Positions 16,758 to 25,130 are shown, numbered from the stretch's first letter. The stretch: 34,366 nt of DNA from a virus (IMGVR_UViG_3300025296_000063:1-34366), one strand, 5' to 3'. The notes: a model not told the origin generated them from the letters alone. Program-made: numbers and translations.

Positions 16758-18837
16758 AGCGTCTCCGTAGTCTGCGTAGTTCTGTTAATGTTGACTTAAT
16801 ATTAGCTCTAAAAGTAACAGTTGAAACGCCATCGTAATCAGATGTACAAAATGTACGCCAAAAGATTACATGGTCGAACACAAGTAAGCATTTATACTTA
16901 CCGCAACTTGAAATCAGTGAAGATGGTTCACTGCTACGAGGTATCCAACCGCCACTAGCAAGTTTACTTGCTATGTCGCTAGTATTAGCTTTAAAGCATT
17001 GATATAATGGTATATAGTCAAACCATTTCAACGCTCTTCTAAATAAATCAACATTAGGAAGTGAGGTAATTGTAACGCGAATATATTCATCATCACGCTT
17101 GGACTGTCCACAGTTTTCTTCAACATATTGTATCGTAATACCCTTACCTGATATTTTACTGACGCCGTTATGGCTAGTGTATTTGCCATATTTAGACGCT
17201 GAAGAAATACCAGAGCCTTCATTCAGCAGAGATGATGTTTCTAAAGATATCATCTCGCAGTAACCTTTATGGTTTTTTAGGCTTTTGAGCATTATGCTAC
17301 CGACATTACCATTAATGCGTAAACCATTGTATGTTAAATTAAACGGTATAACATATGTATCCAGCTTACCACCTAGAGTGCTTACCCTATCACCAGTGTT
17401 TAGCATATTGTGTCTGCTATTCATACGTAGCGAGTCATATAGATTATCTGCGCCCCTGTTTGATACAGGTGCAACAATCTCTAGTCCGCCTTCAGGTGTC
17501 CACCGTAAATCAAAGTATTCATGTGTAGGCTTACCGCCCCTCATGTATCTTCTGGCAATTATCTCCTGTTTAGAAGATTTATGCACATCGTATTTACGGA
17601 ATATCAACCTGCGCGCTTCCTCAATAGAGCAATCATCATATTTTAGCATCATTTCGCCCATTGGAGTTGCTTCACTACTGCGCTCACACATCATTAAGTA
17701 CATATTATACTGATGCATGGGCAGTGGTTTACGCATGATTATCTTATTGCCTATAACTTCAGCCCAAGCGGGAAAACAAGGATTATCAGGTATTTCGGAT
17801 GCCATGTCATTGACACCGCTATACGATGGTATATCCATTTCGAATATGCCATAAATTTTGTCTTCTTCTGGAAATTCTCCGTCAGTATTAAAATCTGCGT
17901 TGAACTTCTGAAAATCAGCCAATTTAGGCATAGCACGAACTAAATCATCACTGCTAGTTTCTTTGCTGTAATAATTATATACGCTAGGATTAATTTCACG
18001 CTCATCTTTATCTGCAGATTCAAATGTATCTAGACTCTTATCCTCCGCATTGATTAACAGCTCATGGTTTTCATCAGTCTTTGTAATATACTGGTAGACT
18101 AAATCATTCCAGTCTGAACCTTTGCCGAGGAAGTCTATAGCGTCTAATAATTGACGCAACTCCTGAATTGTTGCAGGTTTGGGCATGTCAGCAATAAGAC
18201 ACCGTTGATAAAGGGATATGGCATTAGGGATATTCGCATGTTCCTTGTGAGTCAATTCCAGAGCAGTCTTAATCAACTGCGATGGTAGTGGCGCTAAATC
18301 AATTTTAGGAAATCTTCGAAGCAGTGCCTCCGAGAACTCACGCTCATCATTTGCTGTAAAGAAGATAACCATGTTATCCAAATTCGCTTTGATTTCATCT
18401 CCGGGAATAGACAGTCTACCATATTGCAGAAAATCTAGCATGTAGCCATCTGCGCTAGGTCTTGTCTTATCCCACTCATCAAATACCAGAATAACAGGTT
18501 CATCATTAGATGCTACCGCCGCTTGGTATACTTTACCGTAAAGTATTTCTACCCCGCTACGTGTACTTTCACTAGGAAATATACGCATCAATAAATCATC
18601 TTCTCTTGTACCAGCAGAACATTGATGAAAGAACATTTTACGCTTTAGAACTTCCGCCATAACCTGAGGTAGGTAAGATTTACCAGTACCTGCAGGACCG
18701 TACAGAAATGCTCCGCTTGTGGGCTTTGCATGTATGCACGAAGCTACACGCGAAGCAAAAGGCACATCACAGATGTAACCTTTTTCATTTAGCTTCTTGT
18801 GCAGTGTTTGAACGGACACTTGTTCACTCATCGCCAT
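16744..18837 (-). CDS. MoxR-like AAA+ ATPase with a long C-terminal extension
   Basis: Walker A GPAGTGKS, Walker B ILVFDEWDK, sensor I FTAN, arginine finger ALLRRF. Confidence 0.88.
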   Translation of the reverse strand: MAMSEQVSVQTLHKKLNEKGYICDVPFASRVASCIHAKPTSGAFLYGPAGTGKSYLPQVMAEVLKRKMFFHQCSAGTREDDLLMRIFPSESTRSGVEILYGKVYQAAVASNDEPVILVFDEWDKTRPSADGYMLDFLQYGRLSIPGDEIKANLDNMVIFFTANDEREFSEALLRRFPKIDLAPLPSQLIKTALELTHKEHANIPNAISLYQRCLIADMPKPATIQELRQLLDAIDFLGKGSDWNDLVYQYITKTDENHELLINAEDKSLDTFESADKDEREINPSVYNYYSKETSSDDLVRAMPKLADFQKFNADFNTDGEFPEEDKIYGIFEMDIPSYSGVNDMASEIPDNPCFPAWAEVIGNKIIMRKPLPMHQYNMYLMMCERSSEATPMGEMMLKYDDCSIEEARRLIFRKYDVHKSSKQEIIARRYMRGGKPTHEYFDLRWTPEGGLEIVAPVSNRGADNLYDSLRMNSRHNMLNTGDRVSTLGGKLDTYVIPFNLTYNGLRINGNVGSIMLKSLKNHKGYCEMISLETSSLLNEGSGISSASKYGKYTSHNGVSKISGKGITIQYVEENCGQSKRDDEYIRVTITSLPNVDLFRRALKWFDYIPLYQCFKANTSDIASKLASGGWIPRSSEPSSLISSCGKYKCLLVFDHVIFWRTFCTSDYDGVSTVTFRANIKSTLTELRRLRRRFEQD

Positions 18838-18916
18838 TCCTTTTTAGGTGTTGTTATTGTAGTAGCTCCGCTCATGTCCTCAAGTATAGAGGGATTAAAC
18901 GCGGAGAAATCTTTTA

Positions 18917-19366
18917 TCAATTTTTGTTTAGGTACTTGTGGCACTGTTCTACTAAATCTAAATTAGAGCGAATTTTCTTTTTTGTACGTTGGAACATTTG
19001 CATCATTAAGTTCATATCCGCAAGTATCATATTAGTATCGTTCAAAGTCAGGCTTTTACATGTTCCGCCAATATGAACGATAAACATTATTTTTTCTATT
19101 GCATTATCTATTTTTTTAACAATCAAATTTCCGCCTTTTGTCGTTACTTCTAACATATTTTTCATGTATTCATGTTTCTGTAAATTATTCATATTATTAA
19201 ACGCAGATGATTTATCTTTTGATATTATTTGTCTGCGACGCATGTCCATACGGTTAGCTTCTGTATTGATTGATTTCGACAGTTCGCTCATTAACGCAAG
19301 TTCATCAGATATCATTTTAAACGCTTTTTCAGATGACATGTCTCTTATGTGATATACTTCACTCAC
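18917..19366 (-). CDS. Hypothetical helical protein
   Basis: 149-aa ORF (GTG start) overlapping the upstream stop. Confidence 0.65.
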   Translation of the reverse strand: MSEVYHIRDMSSEKAFKMISDELALMSELSKSINTEANRMDMRRRQIISKDKSSAFNNMNNLQKHEYMKNMLEVTTKGGNLIVKKIDNAIEKIMFIVHIGGTCKSLTLNDTNMILADMNLMMQMFQRTKKKIRSNLDLVEQCHKYLNKN

Positions 19367-19613
19367 CGCTTATGCCTGTATGTCCATTTAATAAAAATCT
19401 CTTGTTAAAATATGCGGTTCCAACTACTGCTTTCATCAGTGCATAAGCTGTACTATCTTCCGCAATAAACTTTCCGTTTAATTTGGTAAACATTTTACCT
19501 TCCGATTCCCAGATATAAGTACCGCCCTCATTTAAGTTGTGAAACACCCATTCAAAGAAATCTTCATTTGCGTCTGTTTTGTAGTTTTCCATGTTAAATT
19601 TCTGTGGCGCCAT
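19359..19613 (-). CDS. Hypothetical protein
   Basis: 84-aa ORF on the operon strand; start uncertain. Confidence 0.6.
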   Translation of the reverse strand: MAPQKFNMENYKTDANEDFFEWVFHNLNEGGTYIWESEGKMFTKLNGKFIAEDSTAYALMKAVVGTAYFNKRFLLNGHTGISGE

Positions 19614-19673
19614 ACTTCGTTTGTTTGTGGGTATGAGGTAGGGTAAGATGGATTGATGTACAACGCCACATGT

Positions 19674-19820
19674 TTATATAGCTTTCCTTGCAATTCTGTA
19701 GTAAATAGCATACAGTTGATTTTTTTTGTATTTTCTGTCTACCTTGCGTTCACTAATATTAAAATATTTACTAGCCCAACGCACTAATTGTTTTTTATCT
19801 GTATATGGACAGCGGTTCAT
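19674..19820 (-). CDS. Small basic hypothetical protein, 48 aa (not in ORF track)
   Basis: Manual translation MNRCPYTDKKQLVRWASKYFNISERKVDRKYKKNQLYAIYYRIARKAI; ATGA overlap with the upstream gene, AAGGA RBS. Confidence 0.65.
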   Translation of the reverse strand: MNRCPYTDKKQLVRWASKYFNISERKVDRKYKKNQLYAIYYRIARKAI

Positions 19821-20032
19821 TTCTTTTCCTTCTTAAGATATGACCAGCCAAAATGCTCAAAAACTCCTTTCGTGAACGCTTCAAAGAAATCACTGTCATT
19901 ATCTGTGTACTCATCACAGTATGCCATTATATTCATGGCGTCTTTGTCGTCCATCGCTTTCATATCAGAATTAGTTGGACTTTCGCCATTATCAGCAATA
20001 CTGTCAAATTCTTTTATTTTTATCGCAATCAT
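19817..20032 (-). CDS. Small acidic hypothetical protein
   Basis: 71-aa ORF starting 1 nt after the upstream stop. Confidence 0.65.
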   Translation of the reverse strand: MIAIKIKEFDSIADNGESPTNSDMKAMDDKDAMNIMAYCDEYTDNDSDFFEAFTKGVFEHFGWSYLKKEKK

Positions 20033-20033
20033 A

Positions 20034-20360
20034 TTATTTTATTTTGGTTTCAAAATCTGTTGTAAGTATTGTATAAACGCCAGTTAATTCATCATAGGTA
20101 AAGCCATCTGATGTTATTCCAATGTCTCGCAAGTATGCAATAGCCTGACTCCTTATATCGCCGTACTTATAGTTATATGATAACCAGACTGTATCTTTAT
20201 GTCTGGTATCATACATACGCACTCTTGCACCTTTGTGATTTGTTGCGCCATAGTATTTTACTCGAAAACCGCGAAAATGAAACTGCTGTACATGTTGTAC
20301 ATCGTCATCTTCATCATATAGACGCACAGTATAGTTTTTCTGTATTTTATCCTCAATCAT
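20034..20360 (-). CDS. Hypothetical phage protein
   Basis: 108 aa, VKYYGATNHKGARV motif; ATGA overlap. Confidence 0.7.
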   Translation of the reverse strand: MIEDKIQKNYTVRLYDEDDDVQHVQQFHFRGFRVKYYGATNHKGARVRMYDTRHKDTVWLSYNYKYGDIRSQAIAYLRDIGITSDGFTYDELTGVYTILTTDFETKIK

Positions 20361-20815
20361 ATTATTCTGTCCAGTTTAGTTCTAAATTCTAGTACATTAA
20401 TGCGACCTGTGTAAAACAAGTCTACTAGTGTTTCCGCTTTGTTTATCTTACGCTCTAATAATTCTTTGTCTGTGATATAGTGCTTGTTTCCGTCCTTATC
20501 GTATGTCCAACCTTTAGACGCTAAAATAATTAGTCTGTCAGGTATATATCTGACGTTTGGTAAATTCTTGTACTTATCAATAGGTGGCGGTTTTACTGTG
20601 CTATTTATAATTCTTTTCAGTGGTGTTTTACCTCCGCCAAAATCGTACACCATCACTATTTTTTCAGTGGTTATATTCTTTAATCCGCTGTACTTTTTAC
20701 ACAGTGTATCGTATAAATTCATACCGCCATACCTAATACTGTGCTTGTAGGTTAAATCTTCGCCAATGTAGGCTTTAACCGCTGTACTATGTTCGTTTAC
20801 TTTTATTACTATCAT
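20357..20815 (-). CDS. Hypothetical protein
   Basis: 152-aa ORF coupled to the downstream gene. Confidence 0.65.
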   Translation of the reverse strand: MIVIKVNEHSTAVKAYIGEDLTYKHSIRYGGMNLYDTLCKKYSGLKNITTEKIVMVYDFGGGKTPLKRIINSTVKPPPIDKYKNLPNVRYIPDRLIILASKGWTYDKDGNKHYITDKELLERKINKAETLVDLFYTGRINVLEFRTKLDRII

Positions 20816-20942
20816 TGTTTAATTTTTTAGATTCATTGAAGGCTTTAAATGTAGCATCCTCGCTTATCTTCTTGTCGCTTGACATAATACCGTCAGCATT
20901 TTTTAAGATTGATAATAGTAGAGTCTTGTGTTTATTTTTCAT
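20787..20942 (-). CDS. Small hypothetical protein, 51 aa (not in ORF track)
   Basis: Manual translation MKNKHKTLLLSILKNADGIMSSDKKISEDATFKAFNESKKLNNDSNKSKRT; fills the gap. Confidence 0.45.
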   Translation of the reverse strand: MKNKHKTLLLSILKNADGIMSSDKKISEDATFKAFNESKKLNNDSNKSKRT

Positions 20943-20978
20943 TCTGTATTAATTCTGTGTCTCATAATATAAATGCTT

Positions 20979-21014
20979 AAAAAAAGGAGGCACGTTAAAA
21001 GCAAACATGCCCCC
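20979..21014 (-). terminator. Rho-independent terminator after the first leftward gene
   Basis: Minus strand GGGGCATGTT-tgctttt-AACGTGCCTC(C) followed by a T7 run. Confidence 0.75.
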
Positions 21015-21036
21015 ATACTCAAACCTAACCGACTAT

Positions 21037-21534
21037 CTAGGATTTAGTTTTAACTTTGTTTAGTGCAGTCTTGATACTTGCCATAACTGTATCAAATCGC
21101 TTTTTAGTCCATTGATTTTTATTAGGCTCAATGATTCTGCACAACAGACTAATCTCAACAAGCCTACCCTCACCGTCTAAAGTGTAACCTTTTCGACCTT
21201 GTGGTGATAGATGCTCAAAATTGCTCTTAAATGATGCCATTACGGCATTATCTACGGTATTGATAGCACTAGTGCTAACAATAGAGCTTCGGCTATTTAG
21301 AGGGAACACAGCCCCATTAGATTCTAATGTAGCTTTTAGTGTTTCCCACTTGTTATTATCAAACTCTCCGAGCTTGTTAATACAAGTAGCCTTGAGAACG
21401 TCAGCTTGTTTGTTAGTATACTTGATTTCAGTTACTACGATAGGCTCAACTTTAGTCTCAACTACTGTAGGCTCTGTTATCGGAGTATCTTCCATATTTA
21501 GCCTCATCTCTGTTGTTTTAGGGGTAATTCCCAT
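21037..21534 (-). CDS. Hypothetical protein, first gene of the leftward (early) arm
   Basis: 165-aa ORF followed by a terminator; may start at internal MEDTP after GAGG. Confidence 0.7.
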   Translation of the reverse strand: MGITPKTTEMRLNMEDTPITEPTVVETKVEPIVVTEIKYTNKQADVLKATCINKLGEFDNNKWETLKATLESNGAVFPLNSRSSIVSTSAINTVDNAVMASFKSNFEHLSPQGRKGYTLDGEGRLVEISLLCRIIEPNKNQWTKKRFDTVMASIKTALNKVKTKS

Positions 21535-21539
21535 GCCAT

Positions 21540-21576
21540 AGTTTAGTCATTATATATTAGAATACAAACATGTTTG
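21540..21576 (-). promoter_or_regulatory. Putative leftward promoter with overlapping palindrome
   Basis: TTGTAT (21567-21562), 16 nt, TAAACT (21545-21540); perfect palindrome CAAACATGTTTG at 21565-21576. Confidence 0.45.
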
Positions 21577-22156
21577 AATTATAGCTTACTAGTATGTTTT
21601 AGGTAAGTGGTCATATACAGACTGCACACCTAAAAACATGCACAATAAATATAAGTATAGCATTGAAAACCTTTTAAAGTATTACATTAGAAGGTAGGGC
21701 GTAAGTGGACATAATATATATTATACGACATATTTACAGAGTGGCACATAATATATGTTATGTATAATAGAAATAAGAGAGAGGAGAACCCCCCTCCTAC
21801 CCCGCTAAAAAGTTTCAACGCAAAAATCCTAACGCCAGAATGGCAATGGGGGGTATCCTCGACAATAAAAGGGAGACACACATAATAACACTATTTCTCA
21901 ACTTTTTCGCTATTTTCTATATTTTCACTGCTTATTTTTCATTTTCCCTGTTCGCTATATATTTTCTATATTTTTTTTCGTTGTATGCTATATATAGTAT
22001 ACTAGCGTATAGTTAGCGTAATAATAGAATAAATAGAATAATAATAGAGCTAGCTAATAGCGTAAAGAATATAAAGAGATTATAGCGTAGTATATATAGC
22101 GCTAGCGTATATATATACTATATATAGTATATAGGAAAAAACGAAATAAGAAGAAC

Positions 22157-22185
22157 TTGAACCTTACTAGTTTTTGAAGTAAATT
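22157..22185 (+). promoter_or_regulatory. Putative sigma70-type promoter of the rightward arm
   Basis: TTGAAC (22157-22162), 17 nt, TAAATT (22180-22185), 6 nt, GTG start. Confidence 0.6.
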
Positions 22186-22191
22186 ACACGT

Positions 22192-22416
22192 GTGCAAAAA
22201 TCTGAAAAAAAGCAGATACTGTATATTGCTAAGAAACATTGCTGCAACTGGTTTAACGATATTTGTATCGGTGGTGTATTTTTTCATAATAGCTACAGTT
22301 TTCATATGCATATCGACAAAAATCTTGCTGGCAAGCCTTGTGTTGCGTATAAAGAGTGTCAATTCTTTAAACAGGTAGTTATACCCGGAGTGAAAGATGG
22401 ATATATCAACATTTGA
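22192..22416 (+). CDS. Small Cys-rich hypothetical protein
   Basis: 74 aa, AKKHCCNW...CIG...PC...EC.FF...V.PG; GTG start directly after the promoter. Confidence 0.65.
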   Translation: MQKSEKKQILYIAKKHCCNWFNDICIGGVFFHNSYSFHMHIDKNLAGKPCVAYKECQFFKQVVIPGVKDGYINI

Positions 22417-22663
22417 CAATAAAGCCTTTTTAGTGGATGCCGAGTCCTTTTTCTATCTTCATTGCTGCGATTGCAATCTTAGACACCTTGTAGTGCTTGA
22501 AACCGTTGGAAGAGGTTCAGATGTGTTTAAAAGTGATGGTGGTATGATAGCTATAGCGATGTCAAGAGATGACATGGCTACGGAACTTTCTCGTAAAAAT
22601 GACAATATAATAGTTTATAAACGTAAACAGAGGAAAAAGAATGGAAAAAGCCCGAAAAAGTAA
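22397..22663 (+). CDS. Hypothetical protein with CCDCxLxH motif
   Basis: 88 aa, CCDCNLRH; GGAG upstream; overlaps both neighbours. Confidence 0.65.
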   Translation: MDISTFDNKAFLVDAESFFYLHCCDCNLRHLVVLETVGRGSDVFKSDGGMIAIAMSRDDMATELSRKNDNIIVYKRKQRKKNGKSPKK

Positions 22664-23459
22664 CCGGAGAGCAATTGTAATTCCAGATATACATTTTCCG
22701 TTACAGTGTGATGCTGCTATAAATGTAGTGTTAAAGGCTATAAAGATTGTAAAACCGAATATTTTTGTGTGTTTAGGTGATTTAGGTGAGTGGAAGTCCG
22801 CTTCTCCATTCAAATACAAGCGTCGTAAGCGTCCGCCGCTTGAATATGTATTGGAAGATATCAATATTGATGCCCAGTCTGTTAACGATGGGTTGGATTT
22901 GTTTGATAATGTGTTAAAATCAGTAAAATGTGAGAAAAAGTACATGATTGAGGGTAATCACGATGATTGGCTTAATAGCTTTGTAGAAGAATATCCGTAT
23001 TTACCTCAATATAGATTTGAAAATATCATGAATTTGAAAGAACGTGGCTATTCGTACTATCCATACGGTAAATTGCTGCAAATTGGAAAATTATTCTTTT
23101 ATCATGGCGGACATTACACAACAGTGTACCATACTAAGCAGCATGCTATTAATCTTGGGAAGAATGTTTTATACGGACATATGCATGATGTACAGAGAAT
23201 TGGTGTTACACATGTTGATGGAGCTCATCATGCGTTTAGTTTAGGTTGTTTAAAGGATATGTCGCCTGAAAACAACAGGTGGCTACGTAATCGCCAAATT
23301 AATTGGTCTCATGCCTTTGGTATAGTCGATTGGTTTGATAATGGAGATTTCAGGCTGGATGTTGTAGATATCCAAAAAGGAAAAACGTTTCTATGGGGGA
23401 AAATGATAGATGGAAACAAAACTCCGCGTCAGGAGGGTATTAGCCGAAAAAAAGGCTAG
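22641..23459 (+). CDS. Calcineurin-like metallophosphoesterase
   Basis: PDIH, LGD, GNHD, HG and GHMH motifs. Confidence 0.9.
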   Translation: MEKARKSNRRAIVIPDIHFPLQCDAAINVVLKAIKIVKPNIFVCLGDLGEWKSASPFKYKRRKRPPLEYVLEDINIDAQSVNDGLDLFDNVLKSVKCEKKYMIEGNHDDWLNSFVEEYPYLPQYRFENIMNLKERGYSYYPYGKLLQIGKLFFYHGGHYTTVYHTKQHAINLGKNVLYGHMHDVQRIGVTHVDGAHHAFSLGCLKDMSPENNRWLRNRQINWSHAFGIVDWFDNGDFRLDVVDIQKGKTFLWGKMIDGNKTPRQEGISRKKG

Positions 23460-23479
23460 CAAGTAAGAACGGGTGGGTT

Positions 23480-24223
23480 ATGACGCGGTATCGTAAAGTA
23501 AAAAATGTTATGCAGCCATTATTTGAAAATGAAGATGAGTTTAGAGCTATGCATCCTGATGTTGAGTTAGTAAAAGATTGGCGTATAGCAAATAAGGGTA
23601 ATTGGATACTCACAGACGATGAACAGGTTTGTCGCGTATTGAAGCGCGGTCATTGTAAGAATAGAAAAGATTACGTTGTAACTGTGCTTGGTTCTTATGT
23701 TATTAATACAAAAGAATTGTTAGCAGGCGATATGCCAAAGAATATATATAGTTTCAGCAGAGATATGAGTCGTAATGTGCATCGCCGTGAAAAAAAGAAT
23801 ATATCTCAAAATGAGATATTATTTGCTAAATATGTAGCTCATGGTGTAAATCCAAAAGAAGCGTATTTAAAAGTATTTCGTACAGATAATGATAAATATG
23901 CTCAAACTCAGGCTACATCTTTATTAAAATCTGAAAGGGTTAGTAAATTGGTTAGTGAAGAAATAAAGAAGTCTTTAAGCAAGGTTGGTATTAATGAGGA
24001 GTATTTACTTGATAATGCCAAGATTATAGTAGATAATTTGGAATCAAAAGATTCTGATAAACTTAGAGCATTAGATATGTTAATGCGTATTGCTGGAATG
24101 TTTCCTAAAGATACTCAAAAAGAATCTTTAACTGTATTCCAAGGATTTAGTAATGAGCAACTTGAACAATTACGAGATGCTGAAATTAAGATGATAGCTC
24201 ATGGTGAAAAAGAAGGGGTTTAG
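23480..24223 (+). CDS. Terminase small subunit-like protein
   Basis: Central HTH-like FAKYVAHG.NPKEAYLKVF...ATSLLKSERV and DKLRALDML; upstream of TerL. Confidence 0.6.
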   Translation: MTRYRKVKNVMQPLFENEDEFRAMHPDVELVKDWRIANKGNWILTDDEQVCRVLKRGHCKNRKDYVVTVLGSYVINTKELLAGDMPKNIYSFSRDMSRNVHRREKKNISQNEILFAKYVAHGVNPKEAYLKVFRTDNDKYAQTQATSLLKSERVSKLVSEEIKKSLSKVGINEEYLLDNAKIIVDNLESKDSDKLRALDMLMRIAGMFPKDTQKESLTVFQGFSNEQLEQLRDAEIKMIAHGEKEGV

Positions 24224-24440
24224 CGATATTGATATGGAGATGTTGCCTTTTTTTGAAACGAAGATAAGGAAATGTTCTGTTTGTGAAGAATATCTGAATG
24301 ATAATCATAAGATGGTGATATTTGATGAAAGCGGTAATGCTTCTTTCTTTTCATGCCGCTTCTGTCATTCTGTGTATGATGTTGATGATGAATTGATAAT
24401 TGTGAATTTTGGAGATAATATTGTTGCTGGGAAATCGTAA
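24201..24440 (+). CDS. Small zinc-ribbon protein
   Basis: CSVC...CRFC. Confidence 0.6.
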   Translation: MVKKKGFSDIDMEMLPFFETKIRKCSVCEEYLNDNHKMVIFDESGNASFFSCRFCHSVYDVDDELIIVNFGDNIVAGKS

Positions 24441-24531
24441 TATGAATTGGATATATACTTGCAGTATTAAAGGCTATGAACCTGAGTATGTATTTAAAAC
24501 AAAAGTAATATTAACAAAAAAGGAGAATAAA

Positions 24532-24684
24532 ATGAATGGGTTAAGTAGGTTTGAAAAAAATGTTAGCTTAATGACAGAGATGCTGGTTGGAAAAAAGATG
24601 GCTGCGGCTATGATGTCTTCAAGTAAAAAAATGCTTGGTATTAAGAGAGCTCGAAGGCGTAGAAAGAAGAGAAGTGCCAAATAA
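24532..24684 (+). CDS. Small basic peptide (Arg/Lys-rich tail)
   Basis: AAGGAG RBS before ATG 24532 (inside track ORF 24409-24684); ends KRARRRRKKRSAK. Confidence 0.55.
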   Translation: MNGLSRFEKNVSLMTEMLVGKKMAAAMMSSSKKMLGIKRARRRRKKRSAK

Positions 24685-24802
24685 AAGAGCTAAGTCTAGA
24701 AAAAGAAAGCGTCGGCTCTTAAATGAAGAATTAAAGAGTTATGGGAGAACTAGGGTACAGGTTAGGAAAAGAAAAATGAAGGAAGAATTAAATGCCTTAT
24801 AA
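24674..24802 (+). CDS. Small highly basic peptide, 42 aa (not in ORF track)
   Basis: Manual translation from GTG: MPNKRAKSRKRKRRLLNEELKSYGRTRVQVRKRKMKEELNAL; overlaps both neighbours. Confidence 0.6.
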   Translation: MPNKRAKSRKRKRRLLNEELKSYGRTRVQVRKRKMKEELNAL

Positions 24803-25130
24803 AACAATTGGTAAGACTGTCGAGAAAGAAAAGCAAAAAGAAGTGACAATAAATCCTCTTTGGGGTAGGCTTACAGAGCAAATACAGAATAAGCGCGATA
24901 TAAGTTATGTAGACGCTAAAACAATGGCGAAGAATATATTAATAAAACGCGGTCATCTTTATGATGATGGTAATCTTACTTATGATGGAGTACTGCGTAG
25001 TAATATGAGTCCAGAAGAAAGAGCTGTTGATAGGTCTATTAAAAACTTTGGCGGTAATGAAAATGATTATAGATATGATTCAGATAAAAACTATGCTTAT
25101 AAGAAAAATAGATGGAACAAGAAAAGATAG
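24792..25130 (+). CDS. Hypothetical protein
   Basis: 112-aa ORF overlapping the TerL start. Confidence 0.65.
   Translation: MPYKTIGKTVEKEKQKEVTINPLWGRLTEQIQNKRDISYVDAKTMAKNILIKRGHLYDDGNLTYDGVLRSNMSPEERAVDRSIKNFGGNENDYRYDSDKNYAYKKNRWNKKR

Larger units (their letters stand above)
21535..22191. other. Divergent non-coding control region (candidate genome terminus/packaging/origin region)
   Basis: About 650 bp without a credible ORF between the two arms; several direct and inverted repeats, strand-skewed tracts. Confidence 0.65.

Noticed and set aside
14225-18837. ParABS partition system
   Set aside because: The ATPase is AAA+ (MoxR-like), not a deviant Walker A ParA
5469-21541. Plus-strand ORFs inside the leftward arm (e.g. 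5469-5918, 7314-7727, 13490-13738, 17285-17713, 18708-19076, 21221-21541)
   Set aside because: Antisense shadows of better-supported genes; no motifs recognised
21705-21763. Mini CRISPR array
   Set aside because: Only two degenerate copies of about 20 bp, with a short gap and no cas context
21990-22135. Stop-codon reassignment suggested by the dense TAG/TAA tract
   Set aside because: All long genes translate intact with the standard code and TAG ends real genes (e.g. 23459); the tract is low-complexity non-coding DNA
21687-22945. Minus-strand ORFs 21687-21881, 22102-22419, 22562-22945 and alternative-frame ORF 22190-22378
   Set aside because: They cross repeats or lie antisense/out of frame to a tightly coupled + operon; their hydrophobicity reflects AT-rich sequence, so no holin call is justified
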